The notes under the pieces: model-generated
Databases searched by the model: none
What the model was told of the DNA's origin: nothing
What the model saw: the letters and a program-made list of their open reading frames with translations, nothing else
Assembly (NCBI GenBank): GCA_965203175.1
Contig: OZ241867.1
Span: 4,032,001-4,096,000 of the forward strand
From: Candidatus Latescibacterota bacterium
Lineage (GTDB): Bacteria > Latescibacterota > UBA2968 > UBA8231
Reading direction: 5' to 3'
Length of the DNA: 64,000 bases
Translations under genes and position numbers: made by a program
In this document: piece after piece, positions 9,175 to 18,128 of the stretch
How the letters are laid out: each line of letters starts with the position of its first letter
Position numbering within the stretch: the stretch's first letter is position 1

Positions 9175-10356
9175 TCAGCGCGCATTGGGGTCTTGCAGGG
9201 CGACGATATCGCCTTCGGCCAAGCCAGAGGTGACGACCGCCGCGGTGGCATTTTTGTGCCCGATCACTACGGGCACTTCCGCAAATTTTCCGTTGGCGAG
9301 GCGGAAAGCGACGAAGCCCTCCTCCCGCTCGAAGAGGGCATTCAGCGGCACTGAGAGGGCCTCGGGGACGGTTTCGAGGACGATTTCGACTTCCGCGGAC
9401 ATGCCCGGCTTGAGCCGCTCGTCTTGCTCGTCGACGTCGATGACCAGCTCGAAGACGCGGATATCCGGCGCACCGGGCTGGGGCGAGGCCATGGGCGCTA
9501 GTTCGGACACCATTCCATTAAAGACCGGGCCGGGAAAGGCTTCGAGCCGGATGTAGGCCCGCTGGCCGACGCGCACGCGCTCGATGTCCATTTCGCCGAT
9601 CAGGCAGAGCACTTGCATCTTGCGCAAATCGGGTATTTCGAGCAAGGCCCGCCCGCCCCAGACTTGGTCGCCGACCGCGACTTTGCCCTCCTCGTCGGTA
9701 CCTGGTTTCCAGATTTTGCGATAGACCACAATACCTGGTTTGGCCGCATAGATGCTCGTGCGCTCGTAATCGCGTCGCGCCCTTTCGTAGCGCTCCTGCC
9801 TCCGGGCGATGTTCAGCTCGTGCTTGCGAAAATCCACGCGATTGACCACTTGTTGGGCTACGGATTCCTGCCGCGCTTCCGCCACGGCGCGCCGGGCCTT
9901 TTGCAAATTGATGCGCCCTTGCTCTTGGTCGATGGTCGAGGCGAACTGCTGGCGTTCTTGGTTGAGCGCGGCGAGTTTGAGCTCGGCCTGCCGCTGTTGG
10001 ATCTTGCGCTTGATGTCGGCTAGTCGTTGCTCGCGCTCGGCCTTGGCCTTGGTGAAGTCGGAATGGGCCTGTTCGAGCTGGCCCTCGCGGTCGAGCATCT
10101 CCCGTTCAAACTCGGCTGGGTCGAACTGGAGGATCAAGTCGCCGACATCCACTTGCTCGCCCTCGGGCCAGAGGTGAATGATTTTGAGCCGGCCGCCGAT
10201 CCGCGGCGACGCCACGACTTCGCCGCTGGCCGCGCGCACCTCGCCTCCCTCAAAGTGCGTTACTGCAAAATCGCCGCGTTCGATTTCGACCGTAGGCAGG
10301 TCGGGTGGCGCGCCCCGACAGGCGCACAGCACTAGAGCGCAAAAGACCGCTTTCAC
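9175..10356 (-). CDS. Second efflux periplasmic adaptor (membrane fusion protein)
   Basis: PEGEQVDVGDLIL, coiled coil, LKPGMSAEVEI, GLAEGD; paralogous to the downstream adaptor. Confidence 0.9.
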   Translation of the reverse strand: MKAVFCALVLCACRGAPPDLPTVEIERGDFAVTHFEGGEVRAASGEVVASPRIGGRLKIIHLWPEGEQVDVGDLILQFDPAEFEREMLDREGQLEQAHSDFTKAKAEREQRLADIKRKIQQRQAELKLAALNQERQQFASTIDQEQGRINLQKARRAVAEARQESVAQQVVNRVDFRKHELNIARRQERYERARRDYERTSIYAAKPGIVVYRKIWKPGTDEEGKVAVGDQVWGGRALLEIPDLRKMQVLCLIGEMDIERVRVGQRAYIRLEAFPGPVFNGMVSELAPMASPQPGAPDIRVFELVIDVDEQDERLKPGMSAEVEIVLETVPEALSVPLNALFEREEGFVAFRLANGKFAEVPVVIGHKNATAAVVTSGLAEGDIVALQDPNAR

Positions 10357-11012
10357 TGGGCGGTCTCCTCAACCGCTAGCACTTGCGTCCGCTCCAGCCA
10401 CCCTGCCGCAGACGCTGGCGGCTGGCGCACGCGGACATAGCCCGCTCGCTCTTCCTCGACGAGCAAGACTGCGCCCGCCTCGACACGGGTCAGCACCGGA
10501 GCGCTGGGAACAGGGGCTGCGCGCAGCACGCCGCCGGTGGGTGCGTACACCATGCGTTCGACAAAATCGTCAACCGTGGCTCTAAACACAGCCATGGCGT
10601 CGTGGGCCAAGTCGCCGTGGGGCGCGACCCGCACGGCGGCCAGCTTACTGTAACGCCAAGTGATTCCGGCACCTGTCAACCCACTCTGGGTGCGGAGATG
10701 GGCCAGCTCGGGCACCGGAGCAGATGCCTTGGGACCGGCTGCGGTAAAGACCGCGGTGACCAAGGTCTCGGTTTCGGGGTTGTAGGGGCTGGGCTGGGCC
10801 TGCCAGCGGAGCAGTTGGCCGTCTTCGTACGCTTGTAGGATATAGGCGCGGGTGAGTTCGTCGAAGCTGGCCGCAATGCCCCGGTATTCGCACTCGGCGC
10901 GTTGCAAGTCGTCGATGTCGCGGGCCATATCGCGCACGACGCTTGGGTTGGGAGAGGGAAGTAGGACGAGGGCGGGCGCGAGTATCGTCTTGAGAGTGCG
11001 GGCGGCTAACAT
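10353..11012 (-). CDS. Hypothetical protein with C-terminal SH3b-like domain
   Basis: C-terminal VLRAAP...VLTRVEAG...GYVRV...GWL pattern; 4-bp overlap with the adaptor gene. Confidence 0.6.
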   Translation of the reverse strand: MLAARTLKTILAPALVLLPSPNPSVVRDMARDIDDLQRAECEYRGIAASFDELTRAYILQAYEDGQLLRWQAQPSPYNPETETLVTAVFTAAGPKASAPVPELAHLRTQSGLTGAGITWRYSKLAAVRVAPHGDLAHDAMAVFRATVDDFVERMVYAPTGGVLRAAPVPSAPVLTRVEAGAVLLVEEERAGYVRVRQPPASAAGWLERTQVLAVEETAQ

Positions 11013-11181
11013 GGCGTTGGGTATAAAGATGCTAGCTTAGCGGGGTATCATTGTCAAGAAGCGGAGAGGAATGGACGCGAGGACGCTACAAGGTTGGGAA
11101 TCGGCTGCCAACATGTGCTTTGGGCGCAGATGCAAGCGAGTGCGTATATTTTGTTGCCCAAGCAAGGAGAGCACGCCACCC

Positions 11182-12063
11182 GTGATCTTAGCCCTGCCAA
11201 CAGACAAGCTGACGCCGCGCACAGCCGACGAATTCCTCGTAGAGTTTCTCGACTATGCACACGGAGCCGTGCCCGGGCAGCCCTTGGAAGTCGATTTGCG
11301 GCCCTTGCACTTCATCGACCCATACGGTTTGGTGACTTTGTGCTTGATGGCGCGCTATGGGGACGCGCTCTCGTCGCGGGTCGTCTTCCACCTGCCCGAA
11401 GCCTTTGCCTTGCGAACGTATTTGGGACGAGTGCGGTTCGCCGAGGCTGTGGATGAGGTAGAACTCGCCGGGCCGACGCTCATCGTGGATCAGGAGCGGG
11501 AAAAGGAAGAGAGCGAGGCTCTGCTGGAAATCACGCGGATTGAGGAGCGGGCGGATATCGAGACTGTGTTGGGCAAAATCGGCCAGCGCGTAGAGGCGAT
11601 CCTGGCCGAGGAATTGCGCTACACCGAAGTGGAGATCAACCAGTTCAAAAACGTCGTCGCTGAGTTGTGCCACAACATTCTCGACCACAGCGAGAATTGG
11701 GGCTATCTCACGGCCCAGCGCTACTTGGATTCGCGGGTGGGGAAAAAATACGTGGTCATCGGAGTGGGGGATCTTGGGATCGGGATCAAGAAGAGTCTGT
11801 CGGTGCGCTATGACGCGGCGGATTGGTCGCACGGCACGGCCATACTCAACTCGTTGCAGAAGCACTTTTCCCGCGACGCGACCCGCGGCCTCGGGCTGTA
11901 TATCGTCAATCAGATTTGCAATCGCTACAACGGCTCGTTGCACATCCGCTCGGGGGATACTCGGGTCTATATTCGCGGTCGGCGGCACTGGGAACACGCT
12001 TCAGTCCACTTCCCCGGCACCCAGATTGCCATCGCGCTCTATCAGCGAGAAGGAGGCGAGTAG
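11182..12063 (+). CDS. STAS-like + HATPase_c (RsbW/anti-sigma-kinase-like) ATP-binding protein
   Basis: N-terminal VDLRPLHFIDPYG (STAS-like); ELCHNILDH N-box, DLGIGI G1, RGLGL G2, GTQI; no H-box. GTG start after AAGGAG. Confidence 0.8.
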   Translation: MILALPTDKLTPRTADEFLVEFLDYAHGAVPGQPLEVDLRPLHFIDPYGLVTLCLMARYGDALSSRVVFHLPEAFALRTYLGRVRFAEAVDEVELAGPTLIVDQEREKEESEALLEITRIEERADIETVLGKIGQRVEAILAEELRYTEVEINQFKNVVAELCHNILDHSENWGYLTAQRYLDSRVGKKYVVIGVGDLGIGIKKSLSVRYDAADWSHGTAILNSLQKHFSRDATRGLGLYIVNQICNRYNGSLHIRSGDTRVYIRGRRHWEHASVHFPGTQIAIALYQREGGE

Positions 12064-12066
12064 GCG

Positions 12067-12201
12067 ATGTTCGGCCAGCATCACAAGCCCCCCAAACCGC
12101 CCGGCTACGAGCCTTGGTTGCTGTTGGCCCTAGCGGTGGTCATCGCCGGCCTCGGCGTGGCCGCATACGTGGCCGCGGGCATTTTATTTCCCGGCTTCTA
12201 G
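12067..12201 (+). CDS. Small single-pass membrane protein (44 aa, below the ORF-track cutoff)
   Basis: MFGQHHKPPKPPGYEPWLLLALAVVIAGLGVAAYVAAGILFPGF; starts 3 bp after the kinase stop, with AAGGAGG upstream. Confidence 0.6.
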   Translation: MFGQHHKPPKPPGYEPWLLLALAVVIAGLGVAAYVAAGILFPGF

Positions 12202-12258
12202 CCCCATCATATTGGTATCCATCTGATTCCGCATCGCTTATTTTGTGGTAGAAATTGC

Positions 12259-12313
12259 TTGACAGTCGGGAAATCTCCGCGTAAGTTTCCTTAATTGAAT
12301 ACAGTTAAACTGT
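12259..12313 (+). promoter_or_regulatory. Sigma70 promoter with downstream palindromic operator
   Basis: TTGACA(12259)-17 nt-TAAGTT(12282), then inverted repeat ACAGTT-A-AACTGT at 12301-12313. Confidence 0.65.
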
Positions 12314-12340
12314 TTTTTGCTTACAGGAAAGGCGCGGCTC

Positions 12341-12931
12341 ATGGATCCAGCCGTTGAAGAGCGCGTACAACAGCAGGCCATACACCAAGCCCCCGCGTAC
12401 TTTTTCGCGGGCGAACAGGGCATACTCAGTGGCCGACCCCGAGGGGCTGAGTTGCTCGAAGAATTGATGGAGCACCTGCTCAGCGGTCCGACCGCCTCGG
12501 CCACGCCGCTCGACTTTTCCCGCATTTCGTTCATGGATGTCTCGTGCGCCGACGAGATGCTCAACAAGCTGCTCTTGCGTCTGACCAGTGGTGAGATAGG
12601 GCACCGCTACGTCTATATCGCCGGAGCCAATATCTCGGTGCGCGAGACTGTCGCGGCCGTGTTGCAGCTCCGCGAGTTGGCCGCGCTGTACAAAGACGGC
12701 GATCGCGTCGAGGTGCTCGGGGTGCTCAAGACGCCGATGCGCGAGGTGCTCGACGTGTTGCTGGTGCACAAGTGCGCGACCTCGGCCGAGATCTCCGACA
12801 CACTCGGCAAAAACATCAACATCGTCTGCAATCGCCTCAATGCCCTACAACGCCTCGGGTTGGTGTGCCGCCTGCGCGATGGATCAGTCGCCGGCGGTGG
12901 GCGACAATTCTACTATGTCTCGATTGTCTAA
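12341..12931 (+). CDS. STAS-like (DUF4325-like) domain + winged-helix DNA-binding protein
   Basis: LDFSRISFMDVSCADEML STAS-like segment; C-terminal ATSAEISDTLGKNINIVCNRLNALQRLGLV...GGGRQFYY wHTH. Confidence 0.75.
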   Translation: MDPAVEERVQQQAIHQAPAYFFAGEQGILSGRPRGAELLEELMEHLLSGPTASATPLDFSRISFMDVSCADEMLNKLLLRLTSGEIGHRYVYIAGANISVRETVAAVLQLRELAALYKDGDRVEVLGVLKTPMREVLDVLLVHKCATSAEISDTLGKNINIVCNRLNALQRLGLVCRLRDGSVAGGGRQFYYVSIV

Positions 12932-13586
12932 ATACACCCTAGGAGCGGCCTTAGCCGCCGCCTTGGTCTTGGGAGCCGTGGCGGCCAAGCTGCGCAGCGA
13001 CCACACCTTCGTCGTCGAGGCCAGCGTGGAAAACTTTCGCGACGCGCCCAACGGCGCCAAGCTGGGTACGTTGCTGGCTGGCACGGAGATCGAGTCCATC
13101 GGCGAAGAGGGTCGCTGGGTGCGCTTCCGCGTCGAAGGCTGGGTCTGGGGGCCTTCCTTGCAAGGCTACGTCTCCGAGGAGGACCGCGACGGGTCGGAAG
13201 AGGAGCCGATCCCACCGCTCCAAGACGAACGTCCCCGGATCAAAGAGCTAGTCAACGACCGCTATGGAGTGTTCTATGGGGTCGGACTGGACGAGGATAT
13301 CGGTCGGCTGTGGCTGCGGTTTCGCGTCCGCGACATCGAGCGCGAGGCTTGGGAGCGGCGCGCATTTGCCGTGCAGCGCGGCGCGGCCGAGCTGTTGCAG
13401 GGCCGCGTCAAATTCAGCGAAATCCGCATTGAGACCAATCGGCCCGACGGCAGCGGCGAGGTGGGCCAGTACATCGCCGCGACTGCGGCTGCCGACTTAG
13501 CTAGCGCTGGCGAAGATTGGGCGGCGTGGCGGCAGCACACGCGCTTTTCGATTGATGGGGGCGAAACGTGGGAAGAGGCCGAATAA
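12915..13586 (+). CDS. Hypothetical membrane-anchored/exported protein with SH3b-like domain
   Basis: N-terminal hydrophobic helix; ENFRDAPNGAKLGTLLAGT...RWVRFRVEGWVW SH3-like; overlaps the upstream gene. Confidence 0.65.
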   Translation: MSRLSKYTLGAALAAALVLGAVAAKLRSDHTFVVEASVENFRDAPNGAKLGTLLAGTEIESIGEEGRWVRFRVEGWVWGPSLQGYVSEEDRDGSEEEPIPPLQDERPRIKELVNDRYGVFYGVGLDEDIGRLWLRFRVRDIEREAWERRAFAVQRGAAELLQGRVKFSEIRIETNRPDGSGEVGQYIAATAAADLASAGEDWAAWRQHTRFSIDGGETWEEAE

Positions 13587-13637
13587 ATGCGCGCATCGCG
13601 ACGGGGCCGGTCCAAGATTGCCCGCAAGGCTAATGCC

Positions 13638-14873
13638 ATGTTGGATCTCTATTCGGTAAAGACCCAAATAGACGGCATGGTGGCCGACGAGCGCCGCGTG
13701 CAAGAGGACTTTCGCGCCAAGCTCGAATTGGCTTTGGCCGAGTACCAGCGCTGGTTGCCCAACTGGGAGCGCTTGGCCCGCAAGATCGACTCCAGCCGCA
13801 CCTCTTGGCTGTTGCCCGGTTTGGGCGAGGGCCTAGGCAGCGGGATTGACCCGCCCGCCCGCCCGAACACCATCAGCATCGCCGCCACGGACGGCTCGCA
13901 AATTTTTCCCGACCGCCACGAGATCTCGGCCTGTTTTCTGATCAATATCGGCTACATCCTGCTGCACTACGGCACGGGTGAGAAGCCGCTGATGAGCAGC
14001 AAGCCGCGGCTCTATTACCGAGAGGAGGAAATCTACGAGGAATGGGGTGGGGCACGGGTCTTCGTCAATCGCGAGCTCGTCGGCTTTAAGCGCGGCCTCA
14101 TGGAGTTTACTGAGTTGGCCGATTTGGCGTTGGCAGCCCACGCCGAGGGACACCGGACGCTGGCGCTTTCCGATGGCACGCTGATTCTGTGGAACTTGGA
14201 GGGCAGGCCGCAGGACTTCCGCGCCGCGCACCTAGAGGCCACTATCGCGGCGATGGACGAGTTGCGCGAGGCGCGGGTGCCGGTAGCTGGGTACATTAGC
14301 CAGCCGGGGAGCCAAGAATTGATCAACGCCCTCAAGCTGGGACTGTGCCCGCTTGCCGCGGCCGACTGCGACCGCTGCCCTTATCAGGAAGAAAATCAAC
14401 TCCACTTCAGCCGCGAAGAAATCGACGCGCTGAACGGGGACTTGTGGCAGGGTCGCGGCTTGCCCTGTAGCCCAATTGAAGGGCTGAGCGACGCGGTCTT
14501 GGTGCGGCGCGTACTGCGCCCCGGGCAGCGCACGCCGCTCTACCGCAGTGCATCCAAGATCCTCGCCGAGTACGGGCCGCATCACATCTACTACTTTTAC
14601 CTGCACGTGGGAGCGGAGATCGGCCGGGTCGAAATCCCGGAATGGGTGGCGACTGATCGCGAGTTGCTCGACTTGGTTCACGCCTGTTTGTACGACCAAG
14701 CCGAAAAGGGCCAGGGCTATCCGGTTGCCTTGGCCGAGGCGCACGAGCGCGCCGTAGTGCGCAGTGCGGATCGCGAGACATTCTATCGCTTTTTGCGCGA
14801 CACCTTTGTCAAAAACGACCTGCAAACCCACTTGTCAACAAAGAGCTTTAAGAAGCGCTACACCGGCATTTAG
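13638..14873 (+). CDS. nurA: NurA-family DNA double-strand-break repair nuclease
   Basis: AATDGSQI, LSDGTL, GRVEIPEW, GYPVALAEAHERAVV motifs. Confidence 0.9.
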   Translation: MLDLYSVKTQIDGMVADERRVQEDFRAKLELALAEYQRWLPNWERLARKIDSSRTSWLLPGLGEGLGSGIDPPARPNTISIAATDGSQIFPDRHEISACFLINIGYILLHYGTGEKPLMSSKPRLYYREEEIYEEWGGARVFVNRELVGFKRGLMEFTELADLALAAHAEGHRTLALSDGTLILWNLEGRPQDFRAAHLEATIAAMDELREARVPVAGYISQPGSQELINALKLGLCPLAAADCDRCPYQEENQLHFSREEIDALNGDLWQGRGLPCSPIEGLSDAVLVRRVLRPGQRTPLYRSASKILAEYGPHHIYYFYLHVGAEIGRVEIPEWVATDRELLDLVHACLYDQAEKGQGYPVALAEAHERAVVRSADRETFYRFLRDTFVKNDLQTHLSTKSFKKRYTGI

Positions 14874-14884
14874 GAGAGCCCACC

Positions 14885-15571
14885 GTGGAAACGGAACATC
14901 GCGTACTACAAGGTGCAACGGCTACCAAAGAGCGCGAGCAAAGCCCGCTGAGCCGCTTTCGGTCTGAGGCTCTGCCGTTGCCCGGCGACACTGAGGACGA
15001 GCGGACTCACGTCGGCGAAGTGGTCGAGAGCAGCACCACCGAGTTGATCGCCCAAGCGCGCGAGCTGCACGGCGCGCCCTCCTTTGGTCAGTTCGTCCGC
15101 GTGGAAGCCGATATGCCGGTGGTCGGCATTGTGTTCAACGTCTTCACGCACTCCATCGAGCCGAACCGTCGGCCCACGGCCTACGGCAAGACCGAAGAGG
15201 AACTGCGCCTAGAACAGCCGCAAATTTTCGAACTGCTGCGCACGGAGTTCCAAGCCCTCGTCATTGGCTATTTGGAGGGCGATGAGTCCGTGCAAATCTT
15301 GCCGCCGCAGCCAGCGCGCATCCACAGCTTTGTGTACTTGTGCTCAGACGAGCAAGTGCGGGCCTTTACTCGCACTGACGACTATCTGCGCAGCATTCTC
15401 AACACGTCCAAAATACCCACTGACGAGCTGGTGATCGCCGTGTTGCGCCACACGGTGCGCGCGCACGCACACGCGCCGTCCTATTTGGTGCAGATGGGCA
15501 AGGAACTGTCGCGGCTCCTCAGCGACGACTACGACCGGCTCAGCTCAATTATCCGACGGGTGGTCAACTGA
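14885..15571 (+). CDS. HAS-barrel domain protein
   Basis: VGEVVESSTTELIAQ...PSFGQFV...QILPPQPARIHSFV; lies between nurA and herA. Confidence 0.8.
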   Translation: METEHRVLQGATATKEREQSPLSRFRSEALPLPGDTEDERTHVGEVVESSTTELIAQARELHGAPSFGQFVRVEADMPVVGIVFNVFTHSIEPNRRPTAYGKTEEELRLEQPQIFELLRTEFQALVIGYLEGDESVQILPPQPARIHSFVYLCSDEQVRAFTRTDDYLRSILNTSKIPTDELVIAVLRHTVRAHAHAPSYLVQMGKELSRLLSDDYDRLSSIIRRVVN

Positions 15572-15573
15572 CG

Positions 15574-17256
15574 ATGGCAAAATACGCGCGCAACGGAGTG
15601 CCAGCCGCAGCCGGTCGCGGAAAGCAAATTGGGGTGATTACCAAAGGCTCGCTGGTCGAGGGGCTGGAGATGAAGCTCGACCCCGAGCAGAATGTCGAGG
15701 ACATGAAGGCCGGCAAGTTCGTGGTCATCGAGGGCGACAAAAACGACTTCTTCTCCATGGTCACCGACATGCGCCTCGACGCCAACAACCAAGAAATTCT
15801 CCTGCATCCCCCGGGCCAAGAAGACGCGCTTCTGCGCCAAGTGCTCGCCGGCACCAGCACGTACAACATCGTCTCGCTGCGGCCCATGCTGATGATGCCC
15901 AAGGACGCGGTGGCCGACGAAGGCCCGCGCCCGGTCAAGGCCATTCCGAGCCACTTCTCCGAAGTCCAAGAGGCCATGGCCGACGACGTGGCCAAGATTT
16001 TCGGCTGCGAGGGCGACGCCGAGGGCCGCTACTTCAGCATCGGCAACCCGCTCGACATGGACACGCAGGTCTGCCTCGACATGATCCGCTTTGCCGAGCG
16101 CTCCAACGGCATCTTCGGCAAGACGGGCACGGGCAAGTCCTTCCTAACTCGGCTGGCGCTGTGCGGGCTGATTCACTACGACAAGGCCGTCAACCTAATC
16201 TTCGACATGCACAACGAGTACGGGTTCAAGGCCATGAAGGAAAACGGCTCCACCACGACCTTCGTCAAGGGTCTCAAGCAGCTTTTCGGCGAGCGGGTGG
16301 CGATTTTTTCCTTAGACCCGCAATCGACCCGCGCCCGCGGCGTGCAGCCGGATCACGAGGTCTATATCTCCTACGACCAGATCACCGTCGAAGACATTGC
16401 CCCGCTGCAAGACGAGTTGAAGCTCAACCCCACGGCTGTGGAGTCGGCCTACTTGGTGTACGCGATTTACAAGGAGCGCTGGCTGAGCACGCTCTTGAAG
16501 TTGGAAGGCCCGGATGTAGAGGAATTTGCCCGCGAGATCGGCGCGCACGCCGGGTCTTTAGTAGCCCTGCACCGCAAGCTCAAACGGCTGGAAAACTTTC
16601 CCTTTATGGTCTCCAAGCTACGGGACGGCGACGTGGTGGATCGCATCATGGAATACCTCGACAAGGGGATCAACGTGGTGCTGGAGTTTGGGCAGCAGAC
16701 GAGTATGCTGTGCTACTTGCTGGTGGCCAATATCATCGCGCGGCGCATCCACGAGATGTACGTCAAGAAAAGCGAGCGCTTCTATGCCACCCAGCGCCCT
16801 GAAGATCAGCCGCGTCAGCTCATGATTACCATTGAGGAGGCGCACAAATTCCTCAACCCCATGGCGGCCAAGCAGACCATCTTCGGCACCATTGCCCGCG
16901 AGATGCGCAAGTACTATGTCTCGCTGTTGGTCGTCGATCAGCGGCCGTCGAGCATTGATGACGAAGTGCTCTCGCAGATCGGCACGCGCATCACGGCCCT
17001 GCTCAACGACGAGAAGGATATTCAAGCGGTGCTCACCGGCGTTAGCGGCACCGAAGGGCTGCGCAGCGTGCTGGCCAGCCTCGACTCCAAGCAGCAGGCG
17101 TTGATCATCGGCCACGCCGTGCCCATGCCGGTGGTGATAAAGACCCGGGACTACGACGCCCAGTTCTACGGCGCGATGGGCTGTATGGACGACCTGCCCG
17201 CCGAGGAGCGGCGGGAGAAGGTGGAGCGGGATGTGGCGGCGTTGTTTGGGGAGTAG
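15574..17256 (+). CDS. herA: HerA helicase/ATPase (FtsK-HerA superfamily, DUF87)
   Basis: N-terminal HAS barrel, Walker A GKTGTGKS, FDMHNEYG, Walker B IEEAHKF, IAREMRKY, DQRPS. Confidence 0.92.
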   Translation: MAKYARNGVPAAAGRGKQIGVITKGSLVEGLEMKLDPEQNVEDMKAGKFVVIEGDKNDFFSMVTDMRLDANNQEILLHPPGQEDALLRQVLAGTSTYNIVSLRPMLMMPKDAVADEGPRPVKAIPSHFSEVQEAMADDVAKIFGCEGDAEGRYFSIGNPLDMDTQVCLDMIRFAERSNGIFGKTGTGKSFLTRLALCGLIHYDKAVNLIFDMHNEYGFKAMKENGSTTTFVKGLKQLFGERVAIFSLDPQSTRARGVQPDHEVYISYDQITVEDIAPLQDELKLNPTAVESAYLVYAIYKERWLSTLLKLEGPDVEEFAREIGAHAGSLVALHRKLKRLENFPFMVSKLRDGDVVDRIMEYLDKGINVVLEFGQQTSMLCYLLVANIIARRIHEMYVKKSERFYATQRPEDQPRQLMITIEEAHKFLNPMAAKQTIFGTIAREMRKYYVSLLVVDQRPSSIDDEVLSQIGTRITALLNDEKDIQAVLTGVSGTEGLRSVLASLDSKQQALIIGHAVPMPVVIKTRDYDAQFYGAMGCMDDLPAEERREKVERDVAALFGE

Positions 17257-17267
17257 GGGAGGACGCG

Positions 17268-18128
17268 ATGGAAACGTTTTCGAGCGAACAACACGTCATC
17301 TACCACGGCGATGCGGTCTGTGTTCTGGAATCGGATCGGATTCCAGAGGCTAGCATTGACCTGATATTCGTCGATCCGCCGTACAATATAGGCAAGAATT
17401 TCAACGGGCGACGCGACAAATGGCCCAGCGAAAAGGCGTACTTCGCGTGGGTATCCCGCTGGCTCGATCTCTGTGTCCGTAAGCTCAAGCCGACCGGCAG
17501 CCTGTATTTAATGTGTGCCACGCAGTGTTTTGCGTCGTTTGATTTGCTCTTGCGCCAACGCCTGGCCATCCTCTCACGGATTGTCTGGCACTACGACAGC
17601 TCCGGCGTTCAAGCAAAGCGGTACTTTGGTTCTCTTTGGGAGCCGATATTTCACTGTGTGAAGGATCCCAAGCACTATATCTTCAATGCAGACGACATCC
17701 TCGTTGAGGCCAAAACTGGGGCGCAGCGCAAACTAATTGACTATCGCAAACCGGTTCCCACCCAATACAATACTAAAAAAGTGCCCGGCAATGCCTGGTA
17801 CTTTCCACGAGTACGCTATCGGATGCCTGAGTACGAGGAACATCCGGCGCAAAAGCCGATTGTGTTACTAGAGCGTATTATTGCCGCTAGTTCAAATCCT
17901 GGAGATGTCGTCCTCGATCCATTCGCCGGAACATTTACTTCAGCTCGCGCTGCTGCCAATCTCAACCGTAGAAGCACGAGTATTGAGATTGACGAGGACT
18001 ACCTGAAAATTGGACTTAGACGGCTCGAACTGGCTGACGAGTACAAGGGAGAGCGTTTACACCGGCCGCTGAAGTCCTATGAAGACGGGTATTCCAGCGA
18101 GTCCAAAAACCTTACACTTTTCGAATAA
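17268..18128 (+). CDS. Beta-class adenine DNA methyltransferase, YhdJ/M.AvaIII-like
   Basis: DPPYNIGKNF before DPFAGTF; WHYDSSGVQAK, VEAKTGAQRKLIDYRK and VPGNAWYFPRVRY closely recall E. coli YhdJ. Confidence 0.9.
   Translation: METFSSEQHVIYHGDAVCVLESDRIPEASIDLIFVDPPYNIGKNFNGRRDKWPSEKAYFAWVSRWLDLCVRKLKPTGSLYLMCATQCFASFDLLLRQRLAILSRIVWHYDSSGVQAKRYFGSLWEPIFHCVKDPKHYIFNADDILVEAKTGAQRKLIDYRKPVPTQYNTKKVPGNAWYFPRVRYRMPEYEEHPAQKPIVLLERIIAASSNPGDVVLDPFAGTFTSARAAANLNRRSTSIEIDEDYLKIGLRRLELADEYKGERLHRPLKSYEDGYSSESKNLTLFE

Noticed and set aside
15574-17256. HerA as part of a Sir2-HerA or DUF4297-HerA anti-phage system
   Set aside because: Its partners are NurA and a HAS-barrel protein with host-like composition, which fits the repair-type operon. 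No Sir2 or DUF4297 gene is adjacent.
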